This document shows positions 52,415 to 62,832 of a stretch of 64,000 nt of DNA, one piece after another. Position 1 is the first letter of the stretch, and every line of letters begins with the position of its first letter. The DNA comes from Nitrospirota bacterium (lineage in GTDB: Bacteria > Nitrospirota > UBA9217). The notes below the pieces were generated by a model. That model worked only from the letters and a program-made list of their open reading frames with translations. It made no database searches and was not told where the DNA came from. The stretch spans positions 288,001 to 352,000 of the forward strand of contig CAWFSF010000002.1 of the NCBI GenBank assembly GCA_963818475.1, written 5' to 3'. The translations under genes and the position numbers were made by a program.

Positions 52415-53230
52415 ATGAAAAAGTCGATCGTACTGACCTTGTTATTCATGCTTATCAGCAGCACAGCAGCGGTTTCAGCAGAAACACGCATTCGGATGGC
52501 TTCGACCACCAGCACGCAGAATTCCGGGCTCTTTGACTATCTGCTGCCGATCTTCGAGAAAAAGACGGGCATCAAGATCGATGTCGTCGCCGTTGGCACC
52601 GGTGCTGCCATCGAGATCGGGAAGCGGGGCGATGCCGACGTGGTGTTCGTCCACGCCAAGGAACAGGAGCTGAAAGCCGTGGAAGAGGGCTTTTTCGTGA
52701 ACCGCCATGACGTGATGTACAACGACTTCGTCGTCATCGGCCCCACGAATGATCCGGCAAAGATCAAGGGAATGAAATCCACAACCGATGCGTTCAAGAA
52801 GATCGCGGAATCCGGATCTTCATTCGTTTCACGCGGAGACAAATCCGGCACGAATACCAAGGAGCTTGCTCTCTGGAAGAAAACGGGGATTGAACCTGCA
52901 GGCCAGAAATGGTATCTTGAGGTCGGTCAGGGAATGGAGAAAACGCAGCGCATTGCCGACGAGAAGCGGGCCTATACTCTGACCGACCGGGGCACCTGGC
53001 TTGCGACCAGTGGCAAGGACAAACTCGATATGGTCATCGTACTCGAAGGCGACCCGACGCTCTTCAATCAGTATGGCGTCATGGCAGTGAACCCGGAGAA
53101 GATCAAAACGGTTAAGTTCAAAGAAGCCATGGAGTTCGTGAACTGGATCATTTCCAAAGAGGGTCAGGATGTTGTAGCCGCGTATAAAGACAAGAACGGG
53201 AATGCTCTTTTTATCCCGAACGCAAAGTGA
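52415..53230 (+). CDS. tupA: Tungstate ABC transporter substrate-binding protein
   Basis: ASTTSTQNSGL, GTGAA, GDADVVFVHA, VMYNDF, SRGDKSGT, GQGM, TLTDRGT, NQY. Confidence 0.92.
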   Translation: MKKSIVLTLLFMLISSTAAVSAETRIRMASTTSTQNSGLFDYLLPIFEKKTGIKIDVVAVGTGAAIEIGKRGDADVVFVHAKEQELKAVEEGFFVNRHDVMYNDFVVIGPTNDPAKIKGMKSTTDAFKKIAESGSSFVSRGDKSGTNTKELALWKKTGIEPAGQKWYLEVGQGMEKTQRIADEKRAYTLTDRGTWLATSGKDKLDMVIVLEGDPTLFNQYGVMAVNPEKIKTVKFKEAMEFVNWIISKEGQDVVAAYKDKNGNALFIPNAK

Positions 53231-53348
53231 ATCTGATGGAAAAGCAGTAGCATGTGGCAAGTAGCAAGGAAAAGCAGACCCAAAACCCTATGTTTATCGA
53301 ATGCTCTTTCTTGACCCTTGTTACTTGACCCTTGCTGCTTGAGAAACT

Positions 53349-54051
53349 ATGGACTCAATAACTCAAGGTTTTATCCGGGCTTTCGAGCTCATCTTTCACC
53401 TCAATGCCGAGCTTTTCGGCATTATTCTCCTGTCGCTCAAGGTGTCCGGCCTTGCTCTCGTGATCGCGACGCTCGTGGGACTTCCCCTCGGCGCGATGCT
53501 TGGCCTGAAGCGGTTCACTGCGCGCGATTTCTGCCATCAGCGTTGTAAATACACTTATGGGCCTCCCGCCGGTAGTCGTCGGGCTCTTTGTGTATCTCAT
53601 CCTGTCACGCAAAGGGACTCTCGGGTTCCTGGGCTTGCTCTATTCGCCTTCAGCAATGATCATCGCCCAGTCGATCCTGGCGATCCCGATCGTAACAGCA
53701 CTCTGCCACTCGGCCATCGTGAACGTCGATCCCCTCATCAGGCAGGCCAGCCGCACCCTCGGCGCAACGCCGAGGCAGGAGACCCTGGCGATCATCCATG
53801 AGGCGCGGTACGGCATCATCTCGGCCATTGTGGCTGCCTTCGGAAGGGTCATGGCCGAGGTCGGCTCCATCCTTATCGTGGGCGGAAATATCGCGGGCTA
53901 CACCAGGGTCATGACCACCACGATCGCGCTCGAGACGGACAAGGGAAATTTCGAGCTCGCCCTCGCGCTCGGCATCATCCTGCTTTTGCTGTCGTTCATG
54001 GTGAATGCCGTGCTGCACAAGGTCCAGAGAAAAGGTATGCCTGCCCAATGA
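53349..54051 (+). CDS. tupB: Tungstate ABC transporter permease (frameshift near 53535)
   Basis: MGLPPVVVGL, AFGRVMAEVG..VGGNI..TRVMTTTIALE. Confidence 0.92.
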
Positions 54052-54704
54052 AGCTCATTGTCTCCCATATCACCAAGGCCTACGGCAGCAGAACGATCCT
54101 GAACGACTGCTCCTATGTCTTTGACAAGACCGGGACCTATGTGCTTATGGGCCCCAATGGCTGCGGCAAATCAACGTTCCTCAGGATCTGCGCGTTGCTC
54201 GAACAGCAGGACAGCGGAGATATCGCCTATTTTGACAACAGCACTGCACTCGCAAAAGACATAACGCTCAGGCGCAGACTGACCCTGGTGCTTCCCCGCA
54301 CCGGCGTGTTCAATACCACGGTATTCAAGAATGTTGCTTACGGCCTCAAGATACGGGGCCTCGATCACCCTGCGATAGAGCGGAAGGTGAAGGCTGCGCT
54401 CGATTTCGTCGGACTGGGGCCGAAAGCAGGCCAGCATGCCCGCACGCTTTCAAGCGGAGAGACCCAGCGGCTCGGCATCGCCCGCGCGCTGGTCCTGGAA
54501 CCCGAGGTCCTTTTCCTTGACGAGCCCACGGCATCCATTGACGAGGAAAACACGGAGATCATCGAGTCGATCATAGGAACCATGAGAAAAGAAGGCCGCT
54601 CAACGATCATCATGACCACGCACGACCGGGACCAGGCGAACCGGGTCGGTGACATTCAGCTGGTCATGAGGAACGGTAAGATAATAATCCAGGACCTGCA
54701 GTAG
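54048..54704 (+). CDS. tupC: Tungstate ABC transporter ATPase
   Basis: GPNGCGKST, LSSGETQR, FLDEPTA, TTHD; in operon with tupAB. Confidence 0.88.
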   Translation: MKLIVSHITKAYGSRTILNDCSYVFDKTGTYVLMGPNGCGKSTFLRICALLEQQDSGDIAYFDNSTALAKDITLRRRLTLVLPRTGVFNTTVFKNVAYGLKIRGLDHPAIERKVKAALDFVGLGPKAGQHARTLSSGETQRLGIARALVLEPEVLFLDEPTASIDEENTEIIESIIGTMRKEGRSTIIMTTHDRDQANRVGDIQLVMRNGKIIIQDLQ

Positions 54705-54751
54705 TACCTTGTCTGCCGCGCACTCACTTCCCGAAAAAACCGAACAATTTT

Positions 54752-54843
54752 TGCCACGAAGACACGAAGGCACTAAGAAAAACTGGATGTTTGTGTAGCC
54801 CATTTGTTTAACGCTGTCTTCGTGTCTTAGTGCCTTCATGGCA
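54752..54843. repeat. 9-mer inverted-repeat intergenic element
   Basis: tgccacgaagacacgaaggcactaaga ... tcttcgtgtcttagtgccttcatggca. Confidence 0.75.
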
Positions 54844-54960
54844 GAATTATTTTTTCATAGAATTTCGTTCTTCGGAAACTAACTGAAAAGACTTTACGGA
54901 CCTTTGGTGTTTATCTTGTTGGTTGCGGTTTTCCTTGAGATTGTGTAAGATTGCACATCC

Positions 54961-55896
54961 ATGGGCTACTACCTTCTCAAACGGATTCTCCTCTTCATCC
55001 CGACGCTCCTCGGCATCACGCTCATCACGTTCGTCCTGATGCAGGCGTTGCCGGGCGATCCGGTAGCGGGCATGGCAGGAGAACGGGCCACTGCAGAAAC
55101 CATTGCACGGATCAGGTCGGAGCTCGGCCAGGACCGGCCCTTGCCGCTGCAGTTCATCGGCTATGTGAAACTTCTTGCCACCGGTGAACTTGGCCGCTCG
55201 TACTACACCAACCGGAAGATCTCGGATGACCTGCTCCAGAAGTTTCCGAACACGCTCAGGCTCGCTTTGGCAGCCATGCTCTTCGCTTCGATCTTCGGGA
55301 TCGGACTCGGAACGCTTGCAGCTGTCAAGCGCGGAACCAGATGGGACCGACTCATCGCGTTCGTTACCGTGGGCGGCATCTCGGTCCCGGTCTTCTGGCT
55401 CGGACTGGCGCTCATGCTGATCTTCTCGCTGTACCTCCGGGTGCTGCCGCCGTCGGGCATGGGCAACGGCCGTCTCGAATACCTGATCCTTCCTGCCATC
55501 ACGCTCGGCACGTTTTCGCTGTCCTACATCGCACGGGTTACGCGCTCATCCATGCTCGAATCACTCTCGCAACCCTACATTGCTGCGGCGCGCGCCAAGG
55601 GGCTTTCCGAGACAAAAGTGGTGCTGAAGCATGCGCTCAAAAACTCCCTTATCCCGATCGTGACGCTCATCGGCCTTGACCTCGGTTCCTATTTGAACGG
55701 CGCTGTCTTGACCGAGACCATCTTCGGCTGGGACGGCCTCGGCCGCTACGCCCTGGACGGCATCCTGAAGCGCGACTATCCCGTGATCATGGGCGTCGTG
55801 CTGTTCGGCGCTTTTATTTTTGTGACCATGAATCTGCTGGTCGATCTCTCGTATCATGTGCTTGACCCGCGCGTGAGGATAAAGAGTGGGGACTGA
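54961..55896 (+). CDS. Peptide ABC transporter permease (DppB/OppB type)
   Basis: LPGDP, GELGRSY, SVPVFWLG, RSSMLE..YIAAARAKG, ETIFGWDGLG, RDYPVI, DPRV. Confidence 0.94.
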   Translation: MGYYLLKRILLFIPTLLGITLITFVLMQALPGDPVAGMAGERATAETIARIRSELGQDRPLPLQFIGYVKLLATGELGRSYYTNRKISDDLLQKFPNTLRLALAAMLFASIFGIGLGTLAAVKRGTRWDRLIAFVTVGGISVPVFWLGLALMLIFSLYLRVLPPSGMGNGRLEYLILPAITLGTFSLSYIARVTRSSMLESLSQPYIAAARAKGLSETKVVLKHALKNSLIPIVTLIGLDLGSYLNGAVLTETIFGWDGLGRYALDGILKRDYPVIMGVVLFGAFIFVTMNLLVDLSYHVLDPRVRIKSGD

Positions 55897-56030
55897 AAAA
55901 AACAAATGAATTTTGACACTGATAAGGACTGATTATCTATGACACATCATGCTTCTTCATAGCTTGTCAGCGTTTATCAGTGTCAGAGAATTTTTTACCC
56001 TTGTTTAAAAATCTGATTCTTTAGTTTCTT

Positions 56031-56873
56031 ATGCCTATGCGCGCTACTGGTTTACTGAACGAACTGAGATCAAACCTGCCCGCCATGACGGCCGCGGTTC
56101 TGCTTACGCTGCTCGCACTAACTGCAATTGCCGGCCCGTGGCTTGTTTCCGCTGACCCGCTCTTCATGGACCTGGAGCACTTGAAGGAGCCGCCGAGCGC
56201 AACCCACTGGCTCGGCACGGACAGCACCGGCCGGGACATCCTGTCGCGCATCGTTTCGGGCGCGCGCATCTCGCTCGCCGTCGGCATCATCGCTTCTGTT
56301 CTTTCTCTCAGTATCGGCATCTGCTTCGGACTGATAGCCGGGTACTTCGGCGGCAAAGTGGATGCGTTCCTGTCCCAGGTCTTCGACATCTTTCTCGCGT
56401 TCCCAAGCCTGATCCTGGCCATCGGCATCAGCGCGGTCATGCCGCCGGGGCTCACCTCTGCCATGCTTGCCATCACCCTCGTGGGCTGGTCGGGCTTTGC
56501 CCGTCTTGTGCGCGGCATTACGCTTTCGCTCAGGGAGCAGACCTACGTCGAGGCATCGCGGGCCATTGGCGCCTCGAACGCACGGATCCTTTTCCGCCAC
56601 ATCCTGCCGAATGCGCTTCCCCTGATCCTCGTTGCCGGCAGTTTGCGCGTGGGCGGGTTCATCCTGCTCGAAGCTGCTCTCTCGTTCTTAGGGCTCGGCG
56701 TCCAGCCCCCGACGCCCACCTGGGGATCAATGATCAGTCTGAACCGCGCCTACATCAACTCAGCTCCCTGGATGGTGATCTTCCCGGGCCTTGCTATCAG
56801 CATCACGGTGATCAGCTTTAACATGCTGGGCGACTTTCTGCGCGATAAGCTTGATCCGAGGATGCAGGTGTAG
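56031..56873 (+). CDS. Peptide ABC transporter permease (DppC/OppC type)
   Basis: HWLGTDSTGRDIL, YVEASRAIGA, HILPN, LSFLGLG, TWGSMI, GDFLRDKLDP. Confidence 0.94.
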   Translation: MPMRATGLLNELRSNLPAMTAAVLLTLLALTAIAGPWLVSADPLFMDLEHLKEPPSATHWLGTDSTGRDILSRIVSGARISLAVGIIASVLSLSIGICFGLIAGYFGGKVDAFLSQVFDIFLAFPSLILAIGISAVMPPGLTSAMLAITLVGWSGFARLVRGITLSLREQTYVEASRAIGASNARILFRHILPNALPLILVAGSLRVGGFILLEAALSFLGLGVQPPTPTWGSMISLNRAYINSAPWMVIFPGLAISITVISFNMLGDFLRDKLDPRMQV

Positions 56874-57000
56874 TGCAATCCATCGAAACTCGCACAGCAG
56901 TAGGTTTACTTTTCTTTTTATGCGACTGCCTGCAAACACTCTCGCAGATCATGACAATATCAGTTTATAAATCATCGGATTAGTGTTAATATACGAAATT

Positions 57001-57813
57001 ATGATCGACAGCATCCGCGCAAAGAAATCCCTTGGCCAAAACTTTCTCAAAGACCCGCTCTATCTTTGTAAGATCGCTGACGCTGCACAGGTCGGGCCGG
57101 ATGATCAAGTGCTCGAGATCGGCCCTGGGCTCGGCCATCTGACAGAGGTGCTTGCAAAGCGTGCGCAGCGCGTCCTCGCCCTCGAACTGGACACGCGGCT
57201 TATCCCGGTGCTGGAACGCCAATTCTCCGGGCAGGAGCACGTTGCGATCGTGCACGCTGACGCGCTCGATTACCCCTATGGTGAACTAACCGGCAGGTGG
57301 AAGGCTGTTGCGAACCTTCCCTACTATATTTCGACGCCGATCATTCAACTCCTGATCGATCACCGCGACAAATTCTCGACCCTTACGCTGCTGCTCCAAA
57401 AAGAGGTTGCCCAGCGGATCGCGTCGCCACCGGGAAGCAAGGAGTACGGATTTCTCTCCGTGCTCGTCCAGCTGTCTGCCGAGCCGCGGGTCGAATTCAT
57501 GGTCCCGGCAGGCGCGTTCACCCCGGTACCCAAAGTGGATTCAGCCGTCGTCACCCTCAGAATGCGCGAACACCCGGCAGCATGCAAAACCGACAAAGCC
57601 TTCCTGATCAGCCTGCTCAAGGCTGTTTTTTCGCAGCGCAGAAAAACGTTACGCAATGGGCTGAAGCCCCTTGCCATACCGCTCGAACGTCTCGACGCCG
57701 TGCCCGCACAGACAGGAATCGACCTGACCCGAAGAGCTGAAACGCTGAGCATTCTGGAATTCTGCGCTCTTGCCGACTTTTTACGAGAACAGCAAGCGTC
57801 CTTGAGCTCCTGA
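57001..57813 (+). CDS. rsmA: 16S rRNA m6,2A dimethyltransferase
   Basis: KKSLGQNFL, LEIGPGLG, ANLPYYIS, QKEVA, F.PVPKVDS, QRRKTLRN, RRAETL. Confidence 0.97.
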   Translation: MIDSIRAKKSLGQNFLKDPLYLCKIADAAQVGPDDQVLEIGPGLGHLTEVLAKRAQRVLALELDTRLIPVLERQFSGQEHVAIVHADALDYPYGELTGRWKAVANLPYYISTPIIQLLIDHRDKFSTLTLLLQKEVAQRIASPPGSKEYGFLSVLVQLSAEPRVEFMVPAGAFTPVPKVDSAVVTLRMREHPAACKTDKAFLISLLKAVFSQRRKTLRNGLKPLAIPLERLDAVPAQTGIDLTRRAETLSILEFCALADFLREQQASLSS

Positions 57814-57910
57814 TCACCCCAGCGCAGGCGCAGCCCGTTTTTACAGCCCTTTTTGCCTTGACATTTACCTGTCGTACCCTATAATAATCAGCGTTGCGGA
57901 GGGGCTGGCC

Positions 57911-58492
57911 ATGAAAGATGCTATCATCCATGCATTTGAAGAGAGCGCGCAGGTCAAGGTAGCATTTGTGCGCGATAACGTCGACAAGATCGTCGAGGTG
58001 GTGCAGCTGATTGCCCAGGCGTTCCGGGAAGGGAAGAAGGTGCTCCTGTTCGGGAACGGCGGCAGTGCCACTGACGCGTCCCATATTGCAGCCGAGTTCG
58101 TGAACCGCTTCCTGATGGAGCGGCCGCCGCTGCCGGCCATCGCGCTGAACACGGATGTGGCGGTCCTCACGAGCATCAGCAACGATTACGACTATTCACA
58201 GGTGTTCTCGAAGCAGCTCAGCGCCCTGGGGCACGAAGGCGACGTGGTGATCGCGATCAGCACGAGCGGCAACTCGTTGAACGTCATCAAGGCCCTGGAT
58301 GTGGCAAAAAAGAACCATATGAAGACCGTAGTACTGACCGGCGGGACCGGTGGCAAGCTGGCGAACACGGCCGACTACACCTTCATCGTTAAAACCAAGC
58401 ATACGCCTCGGATCCAGGAGACGCACATTACCCTGGGCCACACCATCTGCCAGATGGTGGACGAAGAACTCTTCGGGAACCACCACAAATAA
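57911..58492 (+). CDS. gmhA: Phosphoheptose isomerase
   Basis: FGNGGSA.DA.H, SNDY, ISTSGNS, RIQETH. Confidence 0.96.
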   Translation: MKDAIIHAFEESAQVKVAFVRDNVDKIVEVVQLIAQAFREGKKVLLFGNGGSATDASHIAAEFVNRFLMERPPLPAIALNTDVAVLTSISNDYDYSQVFSKQLSALGHEGDVVIAISTSGNSLNVIKALDVAKKNHMKTVVLTGGTGGKLANTADYTFIVKTKHTPRIQETHITLGHTICQMVDEELFGNHHK

Positions 58493-58497
58493 TCCCC

Positions 58498-59427
58498 ATG
58501 AAAAAGCTCGACACCTCCGGAATAAAGACCTACTCCCTCAGAGACCGCCCAAGCAAGGTGCGGATCGGTGATTTCGCAAAACCCCATCGCCCCGGAGCAA
58601 GCTTTCAGGATTTTTTCTCATCCCTCCCGAACATTCTCGGCGCTCAGCATTTGAAGGACGTGGTAGCCGCTCTGGTCCAGGCCCGCAAGGACCAGCGGCC
58701 GGTCATGCTCGGCATGGGCGCCCACTCGATCAAAGTCGGCCTGAACCCGGTGATCATCGACCTGATGGAACGGGGGATCATTACGAGCCTTTCCCTGAAC
58801 GGGGCCGGCATCATTCACGACTTCGAGCTTGCTTTCGTCGGCCAGACATCGGAGGACGTGGACAAGGAGATCCTTTCCGGCGCGTTCGGCATGGCGGAAG
58901 AGACCGGCAGGATGCTGAACCAGGCGATCGCATCAGCATCCGGAGATGAAGGTATCGGGGCATGCGTCGGCAGGATGATCCATGCGGGAGACTTCCCGTA
59001 CAAGGACAAAAGCCTGCTTGCCGCCGGCCACCGGCTGAACGTGCCAATCACGGTCCATGTTGCCATCGGCACGGACATCATCCATATGCACCCGTCCTTT
59101 GACGGGCGCGCCCTGGGAGCAGCTGCGCACCGCGACTTTCTCGCCTTCTGCGCGCTCGTGTCGGAACTCGAAGGAGGCGCCTATATCAACCTCGGCTCCG
59201 CCGTGCTTTTGCCCGAGATCTTCCTCAAGGCCGTGACGCTCTGCCGCAACCTCGGCCATCCGCTGCAGCACTTCACGACCGTGAACATGGACTTTGTGCA
59301 GCACTACCGGCCGAACACCAATGTGGTGCGCCGTCCCACTCAGGGAGGTGGCAGAGGTTTTGCCCTGACCGGCCACCACGAGATCATGCTCCCCCTGCTT
59401 GCCGCTGCCCTGATCGAACAGTTCTAG
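58498..59427 (+). CDS. Conserved uncharacterised protein, possibly deoxyhypusine-synthase-like fold
   Basis: MGAHSIKVG, NGAGIIHDFE, TSEDV, FGMAEET, HVAIGTDI.H, GSAVLLPEIFLKA, GHHEIM; 5 bp after gmhA. Confidence 0.7.
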   Translation: MKKLDTSGIKTYSLRDRPSKVRIGDFAKPHRPGASFQDFFSSLPNILGAQHLKDVVAALVQARKDQRPVMLGMGAHSIKVGLNPVIIDLMERGIITSLSLNGAGIIHDFELAFVGQTSEDVDKEILSGAFGMAEETGRMLNQAIASASGDEGIGACVGRMIHAGDFPYKDKSLLAAGHRLNVPITVHVAIGTDIIHMHPSFDGRALGAAAHRDFLAFCALVSELEGGAYINLGSAVLLPEIFLKAVTLCRNLGHPLQHFTTVNMDFVQHYRPNTNVVRRPTQGGGRGFALTGHHEIMLPLLAAALIEQF

Positions 59428-59560
59428 CCACCTCGCGTACACAGAGCCGCTCAATTCCGCACATCCCTGCCCGAAATCATGCACTCAGAAACGGTCCTTC
59501 TGGGCGCAGCGAAGAATCTCGATTTCCCTTAATTGATGATCTCGTAAAAAGTCATGATCT

Positions 59561-59639
59561 ACCACGGAGGCGCGGAGACGCGGAGAAATGCATAATGAAA
59601 ATAAGAGGGATTTTCTCTGCGCCTCTGCGTCTCAGCGGC
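59561..59639. repeat. 9-mer inverted-repeat intergenic element
   Basis: accacggaggcgcggagacgcggagaaa ... tttctctgcgcctctgcgtctcagcggc. Confidence 0.7.
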
Positions 59640-59689
59640 TAAAATTCTATTTGTGAGCTGCAGACACTGGCGTGAGAGAGGGTGGGGAG

Positions 59690-62309
59690 TTATGATGCAG
59701 GTCCGTTGATGACCCTGTGCACCGCTTCGCTCAGGTCCTTGATCCTGAACGGCTTGGCAAGAACACCGCTGAAACCGAACTTCCGGTATTCGGCCATGAC
59801 CGGGTCCTTGGAGTATCCGCTCGAAACGATGGCCTTCACGTTTGGATCGATCTCGATCAGCTTCTTCACCGCATCCTTGCCGCCCATGCCGCCCGCAATG
59901 GTAAGGTCCATGATGACAGCGTCGAAGGGGGTCCCGCGCTGGCCCAGGGCATTCCGGTATAGTTCGACGGCCTCTGCGCCGTCCTCGGCAAAGGTCACGT
60001 CGTATCCAAGGCGCACCAGGATGTCACGCATGGTCGTACGGATCGTCTCCTCATCATCCATGACCAGCACCCTGCCATGCCCGGTCATGATGCTTTCAGC
60101 CTCTGTCCTTGCCGGAAGGCGCTTTTTCTCCGTCGCCGGAAGGTAGAGCCGGAAGGTCGTCCCTTTCCCGAGCGTGGACTCGAGGGTAATGTGACCGCCA
60201 TGCTTATTGATGATGGAGTACGTGACCGCCAGACCCAGGCCGCTGCCGCGCTGTTTGGTCGTAAAATAGGGGTCGAACACCTTGGCCAGATGTTCTTTCG
60301 AAATGCCGGTCCCGTGGTCGGCGATCGTTATCAGAACGTATTTTCCGGCTTTCAGGGGCGGGACCGCCTGGGCGTCCAGCATACTGTTCTCGCAACGCAC
60401 GGTGATGACCCCGCCTTCGGGCATGGCCTGATCGGCATTGATCAGCAGATTGTTGATCACCTGCGTCATCTGCACCTCGTCGGCCTCAATGAGCCAAAGA
60501 TCGTCGGGAAGCTGCAATTCATGGCTGACGCGCGATCCGCGAAGCGCAAACCCGGCTGATTCCCGGATGAGCTCGGCAAGAGACGCGACGGTCTTGACCG
60601 GCGTGCCGCCTTTGGAGAAGGTCAGGAGCTGCTGCGTCAGGTCCCGTGCCCGGAGCGATGCCTGTTCCGCCTCGGCCAGGTGCCGGTGCGCCCGGTCCGC
60701 GGGCGGGATGTCCATCTTGGCGAGCGAGACATTGCCCATGACCGACGCGAGCAGATTATTGAAGTCGTGGGCGATGCCACCTGCCAGGATTCCCAGCGAT
60801 TCCAGTTTTTGGGCGCGCAGCAGATCGCCTTCGACCTTCTCACGCTCGGCGATCTCGCGTTTCAGGCGCACATTCGCCGCGGTCAGCTCGATCGTACGCT
60901 CATCGACCAGGTCAAGGAGGCGCTCACGGTGATCGCGCAGTTCATTTTCGACGCGCTTGCGCTCCGTCATGTCCCTCATGATCCCGATCATGGCAATGGG
61001 CTCGTCCTGGTCGTTTTTGATCAGGGCAGTGGCCAGCCATATGGGAAACGCCGTGCCGTCCTTGTGCAGGACCATGATCTCGCCGCTCCAGCGGCCTTCT
61101 TTCCTGATGCAGGGAACGATCACGCGCGAAGCAAAGTCCTTGTCCACGTTCATGGTATTGACGTGTTTGCCCACAAGCTCTGTCTGGGAATATCCGTAGA
61201 TCTCCATAACGGCCTTGTTGGAGTACAGAATGTATCCTCTGAGATCGGTGATCTGAACGCCGTCCATGGCCTCTTCAATGGCTCCCGAGAACAGCTTTAC
61301 CTTTTCCTCGGCCTGTTTGCGCTGGGTAATGTCACGGATAATGCCGGTCGAGAACCAGCGGCCCTTGATCTGGATGGCTGACAGGGAAACCTCGACCGGG
61401 AAATCCGTGCCGTTCTTCCGCAGGGCCTGCAGCTCCACGGTCTTGCCGAGCACACTGCCCTCGCCTGACTGCTGGAACTGCGTGACCCCCCTCTGATAAG
61501 CGGTGTGATAGCTTCGCGGCGCAATCAGCAGGTGCAGTTCCTTGCCTAGGGCCTCGCATGCAGGATGGCCGAAGGTCTGTTCGGCAGCCGGGTTCCAGAA
61601 AACGATCCTTCCTTCGTCATCCATCATGATAATGGCATCTTTTGCCGTGTCAGCGATCGTGTGCAGCGTTTTTTCGCTTTCGCGGAGCAGCGTCTCAGCG
61701 CTCTTGCGGTCGGTAATGTCCCGCACCAGCTCAATGCCGGCGATCATCTCGGCCTGATGAATCCTTGAGCGGTGACGCAGTGATCTCGATGGATCGGTCG
61801 TTTTCATCGCCGGCCATGCTCTTTTCGAGCGAATGGATATGCCCATCCTGGAACGCACGCTGCACGGGACAACCGGGGCAGACCTGGTCGAGTTTTCCGT
61901 AGGCCTCGTAGCAAAGTTCACCCAGATGCTCCCCGGTCATTTTTTTATGCGCCGGGTTTTGATACAAAATCCTGTAGCTGGTGCCCTGGATGCTGATCCC
62001 GTCGCCAATGGCCCCCAGCACCGCTTCGGTTCTCGCCTTTTCATCAGCAAGCTTTACATAAGCCGCCTGCAGCTGTTCATCTGCCTGTCTGCGGCGTGCC
62101 ATGATGCGGGAGATCAGGATGCCGAAGACGATGAATGCGACGAGGAAGAGCGACCGGAAGTAGAGCTCGTGAAATGAAACTTCGAATAGCAAGGAATCCA
62201 GGAGCAGTCCGTGCGAAAAAAAGACCGAATCAATGAGTGCGTCAACGACCCAGAGCGATATGCCGCCGAACGCGGACAGGAGAATGATCTTTTTTTCTTC
62301 CTTGGACAT
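59690..62309 (-). CDS. Membrane-bound multi-PAS hybrid histidine kinase with receiver domain (frameshift near 61750)
   Basis: Two N-terminal TMs; three PAS-like domains; LAGGIAHDFNN, NLLINA, DHGTGI, PYFTTK..GSGLGL; VMDDE..IMDL..VSSG..KP. Confidence 0.93.
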
Positions 62310-62403
62310 TATTAAAACACCTTTATGGATCTGAAGAAATTCTGTTTTTTCAAGCCTGCAATTGCTATCAGCGGGCTTTGCTCAGAAGCTTAATCCTAAA
62401 AAC

Positions 62404-62572
62404 AGCATTTGGACACGGAAGAATCGGAAACATCTGATTACCAGAAGTAGGCGCTTCTAAGCGACGCGGATAAATTCTAAAGCAAAGCATTCACCTATTG
62501 GGTGAACCTCTTATAAAAGAAATAATCCGCCGTTATCCGGCTCTTATCCGTGTTAATCCGTGTCCAAATGCT
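62404..62572. repeat. Dispersed element with 16-bp terminal inverted repeat
   Basis: agcatttggacacgga ... tccgtgtccaaatgct; inverted homologue of 46632-46760. Confidence 0.8.
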
Positions 62573-62774
62573 TTTTAAGGTTTATAATAACAAATCAGAA
62601 CCACTGAGTACATAGAAAAATTCAGCTTGATCATCAGATGCTCCGCTAAAAATCAATATCCAACGGAGGAGTATCTTGAAGGTAGCGGGGGAAGAAGCTC
62701 AAGGAATTTCTGGAAATTAGTGATCAGTGGCCCGTTTGGAGGTCAAAAGAGGCCACATAAAAGGCACAAATAAT

Positions 62775-62806
62775 AAAATCCCATGCCGGAATGCCGGCAT
62801 GGGATT
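62775..62806 (-). terminator. Intrinsic terminator after fhs
   Basis: aaaatcccatgccgg-aatg-ccggcatgggatt. Confidence 0.8.
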
Positions 62807-62832
62807 GTGTATTTCGCTTCGCAATCCAGTAC

